Source: Flavipsychrobacter sp.
Lineage (GTDB): Bacteria; Bacteroidota; Bacteroidia; Chitinophagales; Chitinophagaceae
DNA: 64,000 nucleotides
Assembly (NCBI GenBank): GCA_041392855.1
Contig: JAWKLD010000002.1
Span: 202,706 to 266,705, forward strand
Direction of reading: 5' to 3'
In this document: in pieces, positions 47,120-57,287 of the stretch
How positions within the stretch are numbered: position 1 is the first letter of the stretch
How the letters are laid out: each line of letters begins with the position of its first letter
Notes under the pieces: generated by a model
Databases searched by the model: none
Told to the model about the DNA's origin: nothing
The model's input: only the letters and a program-made list of their open reading frames with translations
Made by a program: the position numbers and the translations under genes

Positions 47120-47151
47120 TAAAAAAAGCGCTCTTGCAAAGCAAGAGCGCT
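47120..47151 (-). terminator. terminator after the TlpA-like gene
   Basis: Perfect 11-bp GC-rich stem AGCGCTCTTGC / GCAAGAGCGCT, 3-nt loop; T7 run on the minus strand. Confidence 0.8.
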
Positions 47152-47174
47152 GAATGTCTATTATTTATAAATAA

Positions 47175-47669
47175 TTATTTACTTAATTCTTTTATTTTCT
47201 TGAACACTTCGTGTTCTGCACCCTCTTCATATCCCTGATGTGAATATGCTATCTTACCATTCTTATCGATAATAATAGTAAAAGGTACTGTTTGAAAGTT
47301 TAATGAACGCTTCAAATCAGAATTTGTATCAATGTAATAAGGAAAATCCCACCCTTGAGACTTTGCATAACCTCTTACTAAACCGGCAGACCTAGCCTCA
47401 TCGATCGAAACAGTCATATATTCAAAATCCGCTTCTTTTTGCCATTCAGGCAACATTTTACGTACATTTTTGATCTCTTTCTTACAAGGCACACACCATG
47501 TAGCCCAGAAATTCACTAATGTAACCTTACCAGAGGTAACAGTTTCATTAAAAGCTACTTTCTTATTAGTTTTTACGTCTTTTATTTCTGTATCCGGCAG
47601 TTCCTTCTTCTGAGCAAATGCTCCGATAGTTAATAATACTGCTAAACTCGCTAGAATAATCCGTTTCAT
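47175..47669 (-). CDS. TlpA-like periplasmic thiol:disulfide oxidoreductase
   Basis: Signal peptide, thioredoxin fold with FWATWCVPC active site. Confidence 0.85.
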   Translation of the reverse strand: MKRIILASLAVLLTIGAFAQKKELPDTEIKDVKTNKKVAFNETVTSGKVTLVNFWATWCVPCKKEIKNVRKMLPEWQKEADFEYMTVSIDEARSAGLVRGYAKSQGWDFPYYIDTNSDLKRSLNFQTVPFTIIIDKNGKIAYSHQGYEEGAEHEVFKKIKELSK

Positions 47670-47777
47670 ATCTATGTAATTTTTAATCCTATTTTAAAAT
47701 TAAGAGGCTAAAACCTTGCCAAATTATAGTAAAGGTTCTAAATTCGGAAAATTTTATGTTAAAACAACAGTAAGTTG

Positions 47778-49391
47778 ATGAAAAAAATTATCCTACTGTT
47801 AACATTTTCTATCTCTTCTACTCTTGCCTTTGCTCAAGGTCAGCTTTCTGGAGACTTAATGATGAATGTTAACTTCTTTCAAAGAGATTCAGCCATTAAT
47901 GCTGCTAACAACCCATTGTACGACAACTTCTTAAGTGGAGGTGAAAGTTGGCTCGGGTTGCGATACTCTTACAAAGGGTTTACTGCCACTTTAAGAGCCG
48001 ATGCATTTCACAATTCAAATAGATACAACCCTACCCAAGCACTAAACGGATGGGGACTAGGTGCATGGCAGCTTAGTAAAACCTTTAATGACTTAACCAT
48101 CACTGCTGGTTATATCTACGATCAAATTGGTAGTGGTATTATGTTCCGTGCCTATGAAGATCGTGGTCTATTGATCGATAACGCACTTGTTGGTTTACAT
48201 TTAAAGTATCAGCTAACAGACAATATCGAACTTAAAGGATTCACTGGTCAATCAAAATTCTTGTTCGATCAATACAAACCTGTCATCAAAGGCTTTGCAG
48301 CTGAAGGAAATTTTGCCTTAGGTAAAGAAGGTCAGGTATATATAGTACCAGGTATTGGTGCTTTAAATAGAACACTTGACCAAACATCAATGGATCAAGT
48401 GGTATCTACCATCAACAGCCAAGATAGTGCTACTCGTTTTGTTCCTATGTATAACATGTATGCGTTTACTGCATACAACACGCTTAGCGTGGGGAACTTC
48501 AACTGGTATGTTGAAGGTTCATACAAAACTCATGAGACAATCGTGAACCAAAATGGGCTTTTGGAAGATACGGATGGTAATGTATTGTTCTCAACACTTA
48601 GCTACGCCAAAAAAGGGTTTGCTGTAAACTTAACTGGTAAGCGTACTGAAAACTATGAGATGCGTACTTCACCAAACGAGGTGCTTATACGTGGATTAAT
48701 GAACTGGCAACCGATTGTTGCTCGTCTACGTCCACAAAGACTATTAGCGCGTTACTCACCACCATCTCAAAACTTATCGGAGTTATCGGGAGGTGTGGAT
48801 GTTCTTATCTCTCCTAACGATGATTTAAGCATTACATTAAACTATGCGCACTCTAACACACTAGACGAAGTTAAACTATACAGAGAAGTGTACTTCGATG
48901 CTGAGTATCGTGGTTGGGATAACTTTATAGTAATGGTGGGTACTCAGTATATGGAATATAACCAAGAGCTTTATCAAATAAAGCCAAGTGTTCCATTGCT
49001 ATTCTCAACAACACCGTTTTTTGAGTTGACTTATAAGATCAGCAAGACAAAATCGATACGTACAGAGTGGGAATACCAAATGACAGATCAGGACTTTGGT
49101 TCATGGATCTTTGGTTTAATAGAATATAATATAGCTCCTCGCTGGTCTATATCAATATCAGATATGTATAACCTAAGTGCTGGACCTATAGCTGTAGATC
49201 AAGGTGCGGCAAAAAAAGTAGGAGAACCTGGTCAACACTACTACCAAATATTTGGCGCATACACAACAGGGCCACACCGTTTTACACTTTCTTACGTAAA
49301 ACAAGTTGAGGGTATTAACTGTACAGGTGGTGTATGTAGATATGAGCCTGCATTCAGTGGTGTTAAATTTGGTGTAAGTTCTACATTCTAA
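47778..49391 (+). CDS. large outer-membrane beta-barrel protein, DUF6029-like
   Basis: Signal peptide ending AFAQ, alternating strand pattern, C-terminal aromatic (..SSTF); the only Cys residues form CTGGVC near the C terminus. Confidence 0.6.
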   Translation: MKKIILLLTFSISSTLAFAQGQLSGDLMMNVNFFQRDSAINAANNPLYDNFLSGGESWLGLRYSYKGFTATLRADAFHNSNRYNPTQALNGWGLGAWQLSKTFNDLTITAGYIYDQIGSGIMFRAYEDRGLLIDNALVGLHLKYQLTDNIELKGFTGQSKFLFDQYKPVIKGFAAEGNFALGKEGQVYIVPGIGALNRTLDQTSMDQVVSTINSQDSATRFVPMYNMYAFTAYNTLSVGNFNWYVEGSYKTHETIVNQNGLLEDTDGNVLFSTLSYAKKGFAVNLTGKRTENYEMRTSPNEVLIRGLMNWQPIVARLRPQRLLARYSPPSQNLSELSGGVDVLISPNDDLSITLNYAHSNTLDEVKLYREVYFDAEYRGWDNFIVMVGTQYMEYNQELYQIKPSVPLLFSTTPFFELTYKISKTKSIRTEWEYQMTDQDFGSWIFGLIEYNIAPRWSISISDMYNLSAGPIAVDQGAAKKVGEPGQHYYQIFGAYTTGPHRFTLSYVKQVEGINCTGGVCRYEPAFSGVKFGVSSTF

Positions 49392-49423
49392 CAATGAGTA
49401 TTTACTAAAAGTTATAAATTGCT

Positions 49424-49452
49424 AAGGTTCTCTGTATAGAGAACCTTTTTTC
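49424..49452 (+). terminator. terminator after the DUF6029-like gene
   Basis: AAGGTTCTCT gtat AGAGAACCTT then TTTT. Confidence 0.8.
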
Positions 49453-49465
49453 TTAATGAATAACT

Positions 49466-51064
49466 ATGCTTAAAACAGATTTTCTTGTCATTGGTTCGGG
49501 AATCGCAGGGTTAACCTTTGCAGTAAAAATTGCGAAACAACATCCTGATAAAACTATCACAATACTAACAAAAGTTAATACCGATGAGACCAATACAAAG
49601 TATGCTCAAGGCGGTATCGCAGTTGTAAATGATAAAGAACAAGATAGCTTTGATAAGCATATTGAAGACACCCTCATATCGGGTGATGGACTTTGCAATA
49701 AGGAGGTAGTAGACTTTGTAATAAAAGAAGGACCACAACGATTGGATGAAATAATTAACTGGGGTGTTAATTTTGATAAAGATAAAGAAGGGGATTATCT
49801 TTTAGGTAAAGAGGGTGGACATTCGGAATCCAGAATACTGCACCACAAAGACATTACAGGCTATGAAATAGAACGCGCTTTAATAGCTGAAGCGCAACAA
49901 TACAAAAACATACAGATACACAACCATTGGTTTGTTGTTGATATACTGACACAACACCACTTAGGGCATTTGGTTACCAAGTCAACAAGCAATGTTGAAT
50001 GTTATGGTGTATATGCACTGAATCTAAAAACAAACGAGATAGAAAAAATACTAGCTGGCATAACTATGATGGCGGCAGGCGGCGTAGGGCAAGTGTATCG
50101 TAGTACTACAAACCCACGCATAGCCACAGGAGATGGCATAGCAATGTTTTACAGGGCTAAAGGGCGAATTGAAAATATGGAATTCATTCAATTCCACCCT
50201 ACAGCACTGCACGAACCGGGAGCCAGTCCTTCCTTCCTAATTACAGAAGCAGTACGCGGAGATGGAGGCATATTGAGGAATAAACATGGCGAGGCTTTTA
50301 TGGAACGATATGACCCTAGAAAAGATCTTGCGCCTCGTGATATAGTAGCTCGTGCTATTGATAATGAAATGAAGCTGAATGGTACAGAGCATGTATACTT
50401 GGACTGTAGCCATATGGATAAGGAAAAGTTCAAGCAACACTTCCCAAACATATTAGCTAAGTGTAATAGTATTGGCATTGACGTTTTTAAACAATTAATA
50501 CCTGTTGCACCAGCCGCGCACTATTGTTGCGGCGGTATAAAAACAGATGTGAATGGCAACACTTCAATAAAACATCTTTATGCTTGTGGCGAATGTTCTA
50601 GTACCGGTTTGCATGGTGCCAATCGACTCGCTTCAAACTCTCTATTAGAAGCAATTGTTTTTGCACATAGATGCGCTGAAGATGCCGCTAAAAAGATAGA
50701 TACGACATCTTTTCAAGAGTCAATACCAGACTGGAACGCCCTAGGCACAAGTGAACCAAAAGAAATGATTTTGATCACACAAAGCATAAAAGAGCTACAG
50801 CAAGTAATGAGCGACTATGTGGGTATTGTAAGAAATAACATTCGTCTTGAGCGAGCACTAAGCAGACTGGATCTACTTCATGAAGAAACTGAAGAACTTT
50901 ACAGAACAACTACAGTATCTCCACAGCTAAGTGAATTACGTAATGCTATTACTGTAGGCTATCTAATTGTAAAAAGTGCGCAGTTCAGGAAAGAAAGTCG
51001 TGGACTACATTATAACACAGACTATCCAGAGAAAAGCCAACTACTGCAAAACATAATACTCTAG
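49466..51064 (+). CDS. nadB: L-aspartate oxidase
   Basis: DFLVIGSGIAGL FAD motif, AQGGIA, HPTAL, RGDGG, GGI-x-TD, C-terminal ESRG. Confidence 0.93.
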   Translation: MLKTDFLVIGSGIAGLTFAVKIAKQHPDKTITILTKVNTDETNTKYAQGGIAVVNDKEQDSFDKHIEDTLISGDGLCNKEVVDFVIKEGPQRLDEIINWGVNFDKDKEGDYLLGKEGGHSESRILHHKDITGYEIERALIAEAQQYKNIQIHNHWFVVDILTQHHLGHLVTKSTSNVECYGVYALNLKTNEIEKILAGITMMAAGGVGQVYRSTTNPRIATGDGIAMFYRAKGRIENMEFIQFHPTALHEPGASPSFLITEAVRGDGGILRNKHGEAFMERYDPRKDLAPRDIVARAIDNEMKLNGTEHVYLDCSHMDKEKFKQHFPNILAKCNSIGIDVFKQLIPVAPAAHYCCGGIKTDVNGNTSIKHLYACGECSSTGLHGANRLASNSLLEAIVFAHRCAEDAAKKIDTTSFQESIPDWNALGTSEPKEMILITQSIKELQQVMSDYVGIVRNNIRLERALSRLDLLHEETEELYRTTTVSPQLSELRNAITVGYLIVKSAQFRKESRGLHYNTDYPEKSQLLQNIIL

Positions 51065-52828
51065 TTATACCATAGCTACACCGTCTTTACGCTCCCCTAT
51101 TTGTTGGCGCCACATCGCATAATACAAGCCTTTTTCATTAAGCAAGTAGTCGTGCGTACCAGTTTCTACGATATGTCCTTTTTCCAGAACATAAATTCTA
51201 TCGGCATGCATGATAGTAGACAACCTATGCGCTATCATAACCGCAATATGTTCCTTCTGTTCAGAAATTGTTCTTATCGTTTTAGATATATCTTCTTCTG
51301 TTAGTGAGTCTAGTGCCGATGTAGCTTCATCAAAAACTAACAGCTTGGGATTACGCAATAATGCACGAGCTATAGATAAACGTTGACGCTCACCACCTGA
51401 AAGCTTCAAGCCCCCTTCTCCTATTTTTGTATCTATACCATCTTCAGCTCTTGCCAATAAGTTTTCGCATGCTGCTTGGTGTAATACTTTATTCAATTCC
51501 TCAACAGAAGCGTTCGGATTAACAAACAACAAGTTCTCCTTTATAGTGCCAGAAAACAGCTGCGTGTCTTGCGTAACGAAACCAAGTTGCTGTCTCAGTT
51601 CATCATAATCAATGTTGACAGACTTATGATCATTATAATAAACACTACCTTCCTTAGGATGATATAAGCCCACCAATAGTTTCACAAGCGTTGTTTTACC
51701 AGAGCCTGACGGCCCTACAAAGGCTATAGTTTCCCCATTTGACACTTCGAAAGAAATATTGTCCAAAGCAGGCTTTGTCGCCGAATTATGCTTAAAAGTT
51801 ACTCCTTCAAAACGTAGCTTCTTAATATCTCCCAACACAACAGGATTCGCAGGTTTTACTTCTACATCTTTTGCAAAAAGCTCTTTCACATTAGTTAGTG
51901 AGGCTTGCGCTTCTCGGTATGAGAGTATTACATTTCCTATTTCTTGTAACGGGCCAAAGATAAAGAAGGTATAAAATTGCATCGTCACCATCTGTCCAAG
52001 TGTCAACTCCTTATGGAAGATGAAATACAAAAGGAAAAACATTATCGTTTGTCGTAAGAAATTCACGAACGTACCTTGAAAGAAAGATATGGTACGTATG
52101 CTTCTGACTTTACGAAGCTCTAAACCTAAAATCTTTATGGTTGTGTTATTTAGTCGCTCCACCTCCTGACCTGTCAACCCTAAACTCTTTACTAACTCTA
52201 TATTTCTTAGCGACTCTGTGGTAGAACCGGCAAGCGCATTAGTTTCAGACAATATGCTCTTTTGTATTGTCTTTATTTTTTTACTCAATACATTTATCAA
52301 CAAGCTTAACACTACTGCACCCCCAAAATATATAGCCACCAACCATGAGTTGAGCGAGTAGGCATAGATCATCACAAAAACAATACCTACAATTGTTGTG
52401 AACAATACATTTACGAATACACTAATAAACCTTTCACAATCAGAACGTACCTTTTGTAGTATCGAAAGGGTCTCACCGCTTCTCTGATCTTCGAACTCTT
52501 GGAATGGCAACTGTAATGCATGTTGTAACCCATCTGTATATAACCTAGCCCCAAACTTTTGAATAACAACATTAACAGTATAATCCTGAAAGGCTTTTGC
52601 AATACGCGACACCATTGCCGTACCTATAAGCATAGACAATCCCAAAGCCACACCTTTTATAAACTCTGATTCTGTGTACTTATCAGGTTGCTTTGCAAAA
52701 GGATCAATAATGTATTGACCGAAAATATAAGGGTCTAATAAAGAGAAAATTTGATTAATAGCTGCCAGTACAAGGGCAAGCACAATTAACCATTTATATC
52801 GACTTAAATATTGTAGCAGTAATTTCAT
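51065..52828 (-). CDS. ABC exporter, fused permease/ATPase (MsbA-like type I)
   Basis: Six-TM domain; Walker A GPSGSGKTT, signature LSGGERQR, Walker B LLVFDEATSALD. Confidence 0.9.
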   Translation of the reverse strand: MKLLLQYLSRYKWLIVLALVLAAINQIFSLLDPYIFGQYIIDPFAKQPDKYTESEFIKGVALGLSMLIGTAMVSRIAKAFQDYTVNVVIQKFGARLYTDGLQHALQLPFQEFEDQRSGETLSILQKVRSDCERFISVFVNVLFTTIVGIVFVMIYAYSLNSWLVAIYFGGAVVLSLLINVLSKKIKTIQKSILSETNALAGSTTESLRNIELVKSLGLTGQEVERLNNTTIKILGLELRKVRSIRTISFFQGTFVNFLRQTIMFFLLYFIFHKELTLGQMVTMQFYTFFIFGPLQEIGNVILSYREAQASLTNVKELFAKDVEVKPANPVVLGDIKKLRFEGVTFKHNSATKPALDNISFEVSNGETIAFVGPSGSGKTTLVKLLVGLYHPKEGSVYYNDHKSVNIDYDELRQQLGFVTQDTQLFSGTIKENLLFVNPNASVEELNKVLHQAACENLLARAEDGIDTKIGEGGLKLSGGERQRLSIARALLRNPKLLVFDEATSALDSLTEEDISKTIRTISEQKEHIAVMIAHRLSTIMHADRIYVLEKGHIVETGTHDYLLNEKGLYYAMWRQQIGERKDGVAMV

Positions 52829-52849
52829 TGGTATCTAATCAGCAAAAAG

Positions 52850-52857
52850 CAAAGGTA
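52850..52857 (-). promoter_or_regulatory. -7 box TACCTTTG upstream of the ABC exporter gene
   Basis: Exact TAnnTTTG, 22 nt before the ATG at 52828. Confidence 0.5.
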
Positions 52858-52906
52858 ACAGCTTCTGACATATTGATGTCAATACACGAGTAAGATATTT
52901 CTATAG

Positions 52907-54637
52907 TTATGAGGAACCCGCATTATCCATACTATTAGCCTTTCTTGCAGCTAGTTTTTCGGCAGGTGTAGGTTTTCTTACCCATGAATTATTGTATGGC
53001 TTGAATGCTTTACTATCAAGTATTTCTTTTAAGGTTACTTTGCCTTCCATATATCCACCGAGGGCTTTATAGGCTACTTTATTTTCTTCTTTAAAGATTA
53101 AGAGTGCGGCATTAGCTCCTGCTTTTGTTGCTATAGGCACTCCTCCTCCAAGCTCTGCCCAGTGCCCACCTAGCAATAAATGCTTTATAGGTGTTTTATA
53201 ATGCGCTACTTTACTTTGCATATTTTTCTTACCTGGCCTTGCCCCCATCATCGTACCACCTCTATTACTTGTATATCTATAGTGTGTAACAGGTGTTGCT
53301 ACATCATAAAACAAGATGTGCTCCTTCAAGTTAGATGCAACTTCTTTGGAAACTCTATTTATTATTGCTTCTGCTATTTTAAACTTATTGGCCTTGTAGG
53401 CTTCTCCCCTTATGTAATTGCCTTTTTCGTCTTTCTCCGTCTCCCATTCATTATACTGACTCATTAAAGCAGGCATAAATAAGGTAAGTGTTCCCTGACC
53501 TTCGGGAGCAAGAGTTTTATCTCTATGAGAAGGCGCCAATATGATAATTTCGCTTTTTTCAGGATCTCCTGCCCCATCATCGTCTCTCGTAGTAGCTTCA
53601 CTACTTATATGCACCATTTCTTCACCAAACCCTAGAGCACTTGGGGGGCAATCTAACGCTATAGATACTGTTACTGATGAAGCATATAGCTCTGCATCTT
53701 TCAGTCTATCTTTTAACTTCTGCGGGATCGCATCAGCAGGTAACATCTTTTCATAAAGCGTTTCAACATCGCAAGCTGCCACTACATATTTGCTGGATAC
53801 GGTGTACTCCTTGCCCCTACATTCAAACCGTACACCTTTAGCTTGTTTATCTTCTAACAAGACTTCTTTTACATCACATTTGAAGAATAGATCATTACCG
53901 AAATAAGTTATTACATGTTGTAACCACTCTGGTATAGCTTGCCCGCCTCCCTCAGGAGGACTTTGAAAGTCTTTATAATATGCCCAACCAATAGGCACTA
54001 AACAACCTAATAGTTCTGCCTCGGATGAAAATATTTTTTGCAACCCTTCATCTTTGAAAAACTTGTCCAGTCCTTTTTGCATCCCTTTGTCACCCTTATA
54101 TGTGATGTAGGGAATGAAGGGCAAAGCAAACTGTAATAATCGGAATTTATTGGCCAACCGTTTTAGAGGTGACATTGTTTCTTCTGACCTGAATATATTT
54201 CCGAAGTTCTTGAACGACTTTCCTATCTTCTTTGCAGCTTTAAAAAACTTAATAATCCCGGCCTTACTATTAGGATATTCTTCTATTAGCTGATCTCTCC
54301 ATTGGTCTGGATCATCGGTTAAAATATAGTCATGTTTATCCCCTTTGTAAAGCTTTATTCTTTTTTGAACTACCGCCTTCGGATAGTCATTACCAATAGC
54401 TGCAAACACTTTTGTAACCAAGCCATCAGGGCCGTATTGATTCAACCAATGTATTGCAGTATCGAAACGAAAATCTTTTCTTCTAAAACCTGCGAGGTAC
54501 CCCCCTGCATGAGGTTCTTTTTCAAGCACACAAACTGACAATCCCGCCTTACTCAGTAGTGCTGCAGTTGTTAGGCCTCCAACTCCGGCACCTATTACTA
54601 CTACATCGTAACTTGGTTTCAATTCAATTTTCTGCAT
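52907..54637 (-). CDS. FAD-dependent oxidoreductase, phytoene-desaturase (CrtI)-like family
   Basis: N-terminal YDVVVIGAGVGGL dinucleotide motif, length and C-terminal GGHWAELGGGVP motif as in the CrtI/retinol-saturase family. Confidence 0.7.
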   Translation of the reverse strand: MQKIELKPSYDVVVIGAGVGGLTTAALLSKAGLSVCVLEKEPHAGGYLAGFRRKDFRFDTAIHWLNQYGPDGLVTKVFAAIGNDYPKAVVQKRIKLYKGDKHDYILTDDPDQWRDQLIEEYPNSKAGIIKFFKAAKKIGKSFKNFGNIFRSEETMSPLKRLANKFRLLQFALPFIPYITYKGDKGMQKGLDKFFKDEGLQKIFSSEAELLGCLVPIGWAYYKDFQSPPEGGGQAIPEWLQHVITYFGNDLFFKCDVKEVLLEDKQAKGVRFECRGKEYTVSSKYVVAACDVETLYEKMLPADAIPQKLKDRLKDAELYASSVTVSIALDCPPSALGFGEEMVHISSEATTRDDDGAGDPEKSEIIILAPSHRDKTLAPEGQGTLTLFMPALMSQYNEWETEKDEKGNYIRGEAYKANKFKIAEAIINRVSKEVASNLKEHILFYDVATPVTHYRYTSNRGGTMMGARPGKKNMQSKVAHYKTPIKHLLLGGHWAELGGGVPIATKAGANAALLIFKEENKVAYKALGGYMEGKVTLKEILDSKAFKPYNNSWVRKPTPAEKLAARKANSMDNAGSS

Positions 54638-54654
54638 AAGGGGAAAGAAAGATA

Positions 54655-55083
54655 CTAATTATCTACAAACGTTGAGTATAAACGTTTGGCCACGATCTTA
54701 TCTATTGGCAAACTAAATGTATCTTCTGTTATGTCTGCTATTTTCAACCAGTAACTATATTCATTTTCATTATTGTTGACGATATAGCTAACCTGTTCTT
54801 TTGCTTTTACCCAATAATAAATACTGATCACTTGAGAACTATCAAAAGCTGAAGGCTGAAAGAAATCGGTAGTATAAAAATGCTCTAAAACATCTATCTC
54901 TATGTTCAGCTCTTCTTTCCATTCTCGCTTCAAACCGTCAATAGCACCTTCTCCCAGTTCCATACCACCTCCGGGGAACTTCAGGTATTTATTTCCTCTT
55001 ATTGTTTCTTCACTCACCAATACTCTTCCGTCTTGTACCCATATACCGTACACTCTTATATTGAAACGGGTGGGTAAAGCCAT
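54655..55083 (-). CDS. NUDIX hydrolase
   Basis: Nudix box GGGMELGEGAIDGLKREWKEELNI. Confidence 0.88.
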   Translation of the reverse strand: MALPTRFNIRVYGIWVQDGRVLVSEETIRGNKYLKFPGGGMELGEGAIDGLKREWKEELNIEIDVLEHFYTTDFFQPSAFDSSQVISIYYWVKAKEQVSYIVNNNENEYSYWLKIADITEDTFSLPIDKIVAKRLYSTFVDN

Positions 55084-55087
55084 AAGT

Positions 55088-56029
55088 TTAGAACCAGCGT
55101 TTTTTGTTAAAGTAAAGTGTCATAACAACTGACACAATTATTGATAGCACTACAGGGATCGCAAAACTGTACATGCCTTTCTCGTAAGGGATATCTACAT
55201 TCATGCCATAGAAACTGGCGATCAATGTAGGTAGAGAAATAAGAATTGTAATACTGGTCAAACGTTTCATGACCATGTTCATATTGTTATTGATGATGCT
55301 GGCAAAAGCATCCATTGTACTACTCAAGATATTAGTATATGTGTTGGCCATCTCCAAAGCTTGAGAAAACTCAATGATCAAGTCACCTAAGAATTCTAAC
55401 TCTTCTTCGTCACAATTTAAAAAATTGGTTCGTTCCATCTTCATCAACAGCAACTCATTGCTACGCAGTGCAGTCACAAAATACACTAGGCTTTTTTGCA
55501 CACGCATTAAGTAGAGGAGCTCTTCATTCCTGTTAGAATCATAAAGTTTTTGCTCCAAAATATTACGACGGTGATTGATGTCTTTCAACACCTCCATAAA
55601 GTCCATTACTACCTTCTCGAATATCTTAAGCACCATCATATTAGGGCGCTCCGGGTGGCGCTTGGCAAAGGTGTTAAGAAACCTGCGTATAGCTACATTC
55701 TCAAAAGAGTTAACTGTAATGACCTGATTCCGTTCTGTTTTAATTATAGAGATAGGAATGGTAACATAATCCGCATCACTTTCATTCAACGACTTGTTTT
55801 CTACAGGTGTTTTCAAAATCACCAACTTCACCCCATCTTCTTCTTCATAACGTGCACGCTCCTCTATATCCAGAGTATCTGTAAGCAGGTCTCTAGGAAT
55901 ATTTAGATTTTCTGATAGTTGGTTAATCTCATTTTCCTGAAAAGGGGGCGTGACATTAATCCAATTAGCACCTTCAGCATGCTCTATCTCCGATGTTTGG
56001 TGGTTGATATTTTTGAAATATTGTACCAT
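55088..56029 (-). CDS. corA: CorA-family divalent cation (Mg2+/Co2+) channel
   Basis: Two C-terminal TM helices with FYGMNV (GMN) motif. Confidence 0.88.
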   Translation of the reverse strand: MVQYFKNINHQTSEIEHAEGANWINVTPPFQENEINQLSENLNIPRDLLTDTLDIEERARYEEEDGVKLVILKTPVENKSLNESDADYVTIPISIIKTERNQVITVNSFENVAIRRFLNTFAKRHPERPNMMVLKIFEKVVMDFMEVLKDINHRRNILEQKLYDSNRNEELLYLMRVQKSLVYFVTALRSNELLLMKMERTNFLNCDEEELEFLGDLIIEFSQALEMANTYTNILSSTMDAFASIINNNMNMVMKRLTSITILISLPTLIASFYGMNVDIPYEKGMYSFAIPVVLSIIVSVVMTLYFNKKRWF

Positions 56030-56052
56030 TCTTGATGCTATCTTGAGCTTTA

Positions 56053-56060
56053 CAAAGGTA
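56053..56060 (-). promoter_or_regulatory. -7 box TACCTTTG upstream of corA (corA-nudix-crtI-like unit)
   Basis: Exact TAnnTTTG, 24 nt before the ATG at 56029. Confidence 0.5.
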
Positions 56061-56140
56061 GTAGGTATCTGTTAATATGGAAACCTTTCTCGATTTTTGC
56101 CACATTATATAACATAATCGTAAAAAAGCCTACTGTTTAT

Positions 56141-56148
56141 TACTTTTG
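56141..56148 (+). promoter_or_regulatory. -7 box TACTTTTG upstream of fbp
   Basis: Exact TAnnTTTG, 26 nt before the ATG at 56174. Confidence 0.5.
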
Positions 56149-56173
56149 CTGCATTATTTATACATAAGATATT

Positions 56174-57181
56174 ATGAATCCGGAAAGAAAATTAATGACC
56201 TTGGATGAGTTTACTATCCAAGAAACCAGAAAGTTTCCTAATGCAACAGGTGAATTATCTGCTATACTACGAGATATCGGCATTGCTTGCAAAATCATCA
56301 ACCAACAGGTGCTAAAAGCAGGTCTTGTAGATATATTAGGCGCTCAAGGCTCTACTAATGTGCAAGGTGAGGAGCAAATGAAACTTGATGTTTATTCTGA
56401 TGAGGCATTAATAAATGTACTAAGAGGTAGTGCTGATTGTGCAGGTATTGCTTCGGAAGAAAACGATGACTTTATCGCATTCGACGACCCATATTCTATA
56501 AATAGCAAATATGTTGTTCTTTTCGACCCATTAGACGGCTCTTCTAATATTGATGTTAATGCCTCTATAGGTACCATTTTCTCTATATACAAGCGTGTGA
56601 GCCCTCTAGGGGCTCCATGTACTGCAGAGGACTTTTTGCAACCAGGTAACAAGCTAATGGCTGCCGGTTATGTGATCTATGGAAGTAGTACTATGCTGGT
56701 ATACGCTACTAAACTTGGTGCCAACGGTTTTACACTGGAGCCTTCAATTGGTGAATTCTGCTTATCTCACAGAAACCTAAAATGTAAAGAGGACGGAAAG
56801 ATATATTCGATCAACCAAGGTAACACTTGTAAGCTTGATAATAAGATGAAAGCTTATCTAGACTATTGTATGGAAGAAGATAAGGAGACTGGTCGTCCTT
56901 ACTCTCATAGATACATAGGGTCTATGGTTGCAGACCTTCACCGCACGCTTATCAAAGGAGGCATATTTATGTATCCAGCGGACATTAAAAACCCAAATGG
57001 TAAACTACGCTTACAATACGAGTGCAACCCTATGAGCTTTTTAGTGGAAGCTGCAGGCGGAGTAGCTACCACAGGCAAAGAAAGAATACTGGATATCGAA
57101 CCTACAGAGCTTCACCAACGTGTACCTATTTTTATAGGCTCTAAAAACATGGTAGAAAAGGCTGTAGAAATGATCAACTAA
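56174..57181 (+). CDS. fbp: class 1 fructose-1,6-bisphosphatase
   Basis: FDPLDGSSNID, GYVIYGSST, YIGSMVADLHRTL, YECNPMSFLVE motifs. Confidence 0.94.
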   Translation: MNPERKLMTLDEFTIQETRKFPNATGELSAILRDIGIACKIINQQVLKAGLVDILGAQGSTNVQGEEQMKLDVYSDEALINVLRGSADCAGIASEENDDFIAFDDPYSINSKYVVLFDPLDGSSNIDVNASIGTIFSIYKRVSPLGAPCTAEDFLQPGNKLMAAGYVIYGSSTMLVYATKLGANGFTLEPSIGEFCLSHRNLKCKEDGKIYSINQGNTCKLDNKMKAYLDYCMEEDKETGRPYSHRYIGSMVADLHRTLIKGGIFMYPADIKNPNGKLRLQYECNPMSFLVEAAGGVATTGKERILDIEPTELHQRVPIFIGSKNMVEKAVEMIN

Positions 57182-57205
57182 CACAGTTATTAATTATCAT
57201 ATTTT

Positions 57206-57239
57206 AAGCCCCGTTTTTGTTAACGGGGCTTATTTTTTT
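57206..57239 (+). terminator. terminator after fbp
   Basis: AAGCCCCGTT tttgtt AACGGGGCTT then ATTTTTTT. Confidence 0.8.
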
Positions 57240-57251
57240 GGAAAACTAATC

Positions 57252-57287
57252 CGTTAATTAGATATTTGTCTAAATACCTAATTAACG
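57252..57287. promoter_or_regulatory. 36-bp near-perfect palindrome (candidate operator) at the 5' end of the ArsR/SdpR-like gene
   Basis: CGTTAATTAGATATTT GTCT AAATACCTAATTAACG: arms match 15/16; the outer 10 bp are perfect. Confidence 0.5.

Noticed and set aside
56030-56173. Mg2+ (M-box) riboswitch upstream of corA, and an FMN riboswitch upstream of ribE (43022..43028)
   Set aside because: The predicted corA -7 box is only 24 nt from the ATG, leaving no room for a riboswitch of about 160 nt. ribE follows the preceding gene after 7 nt.
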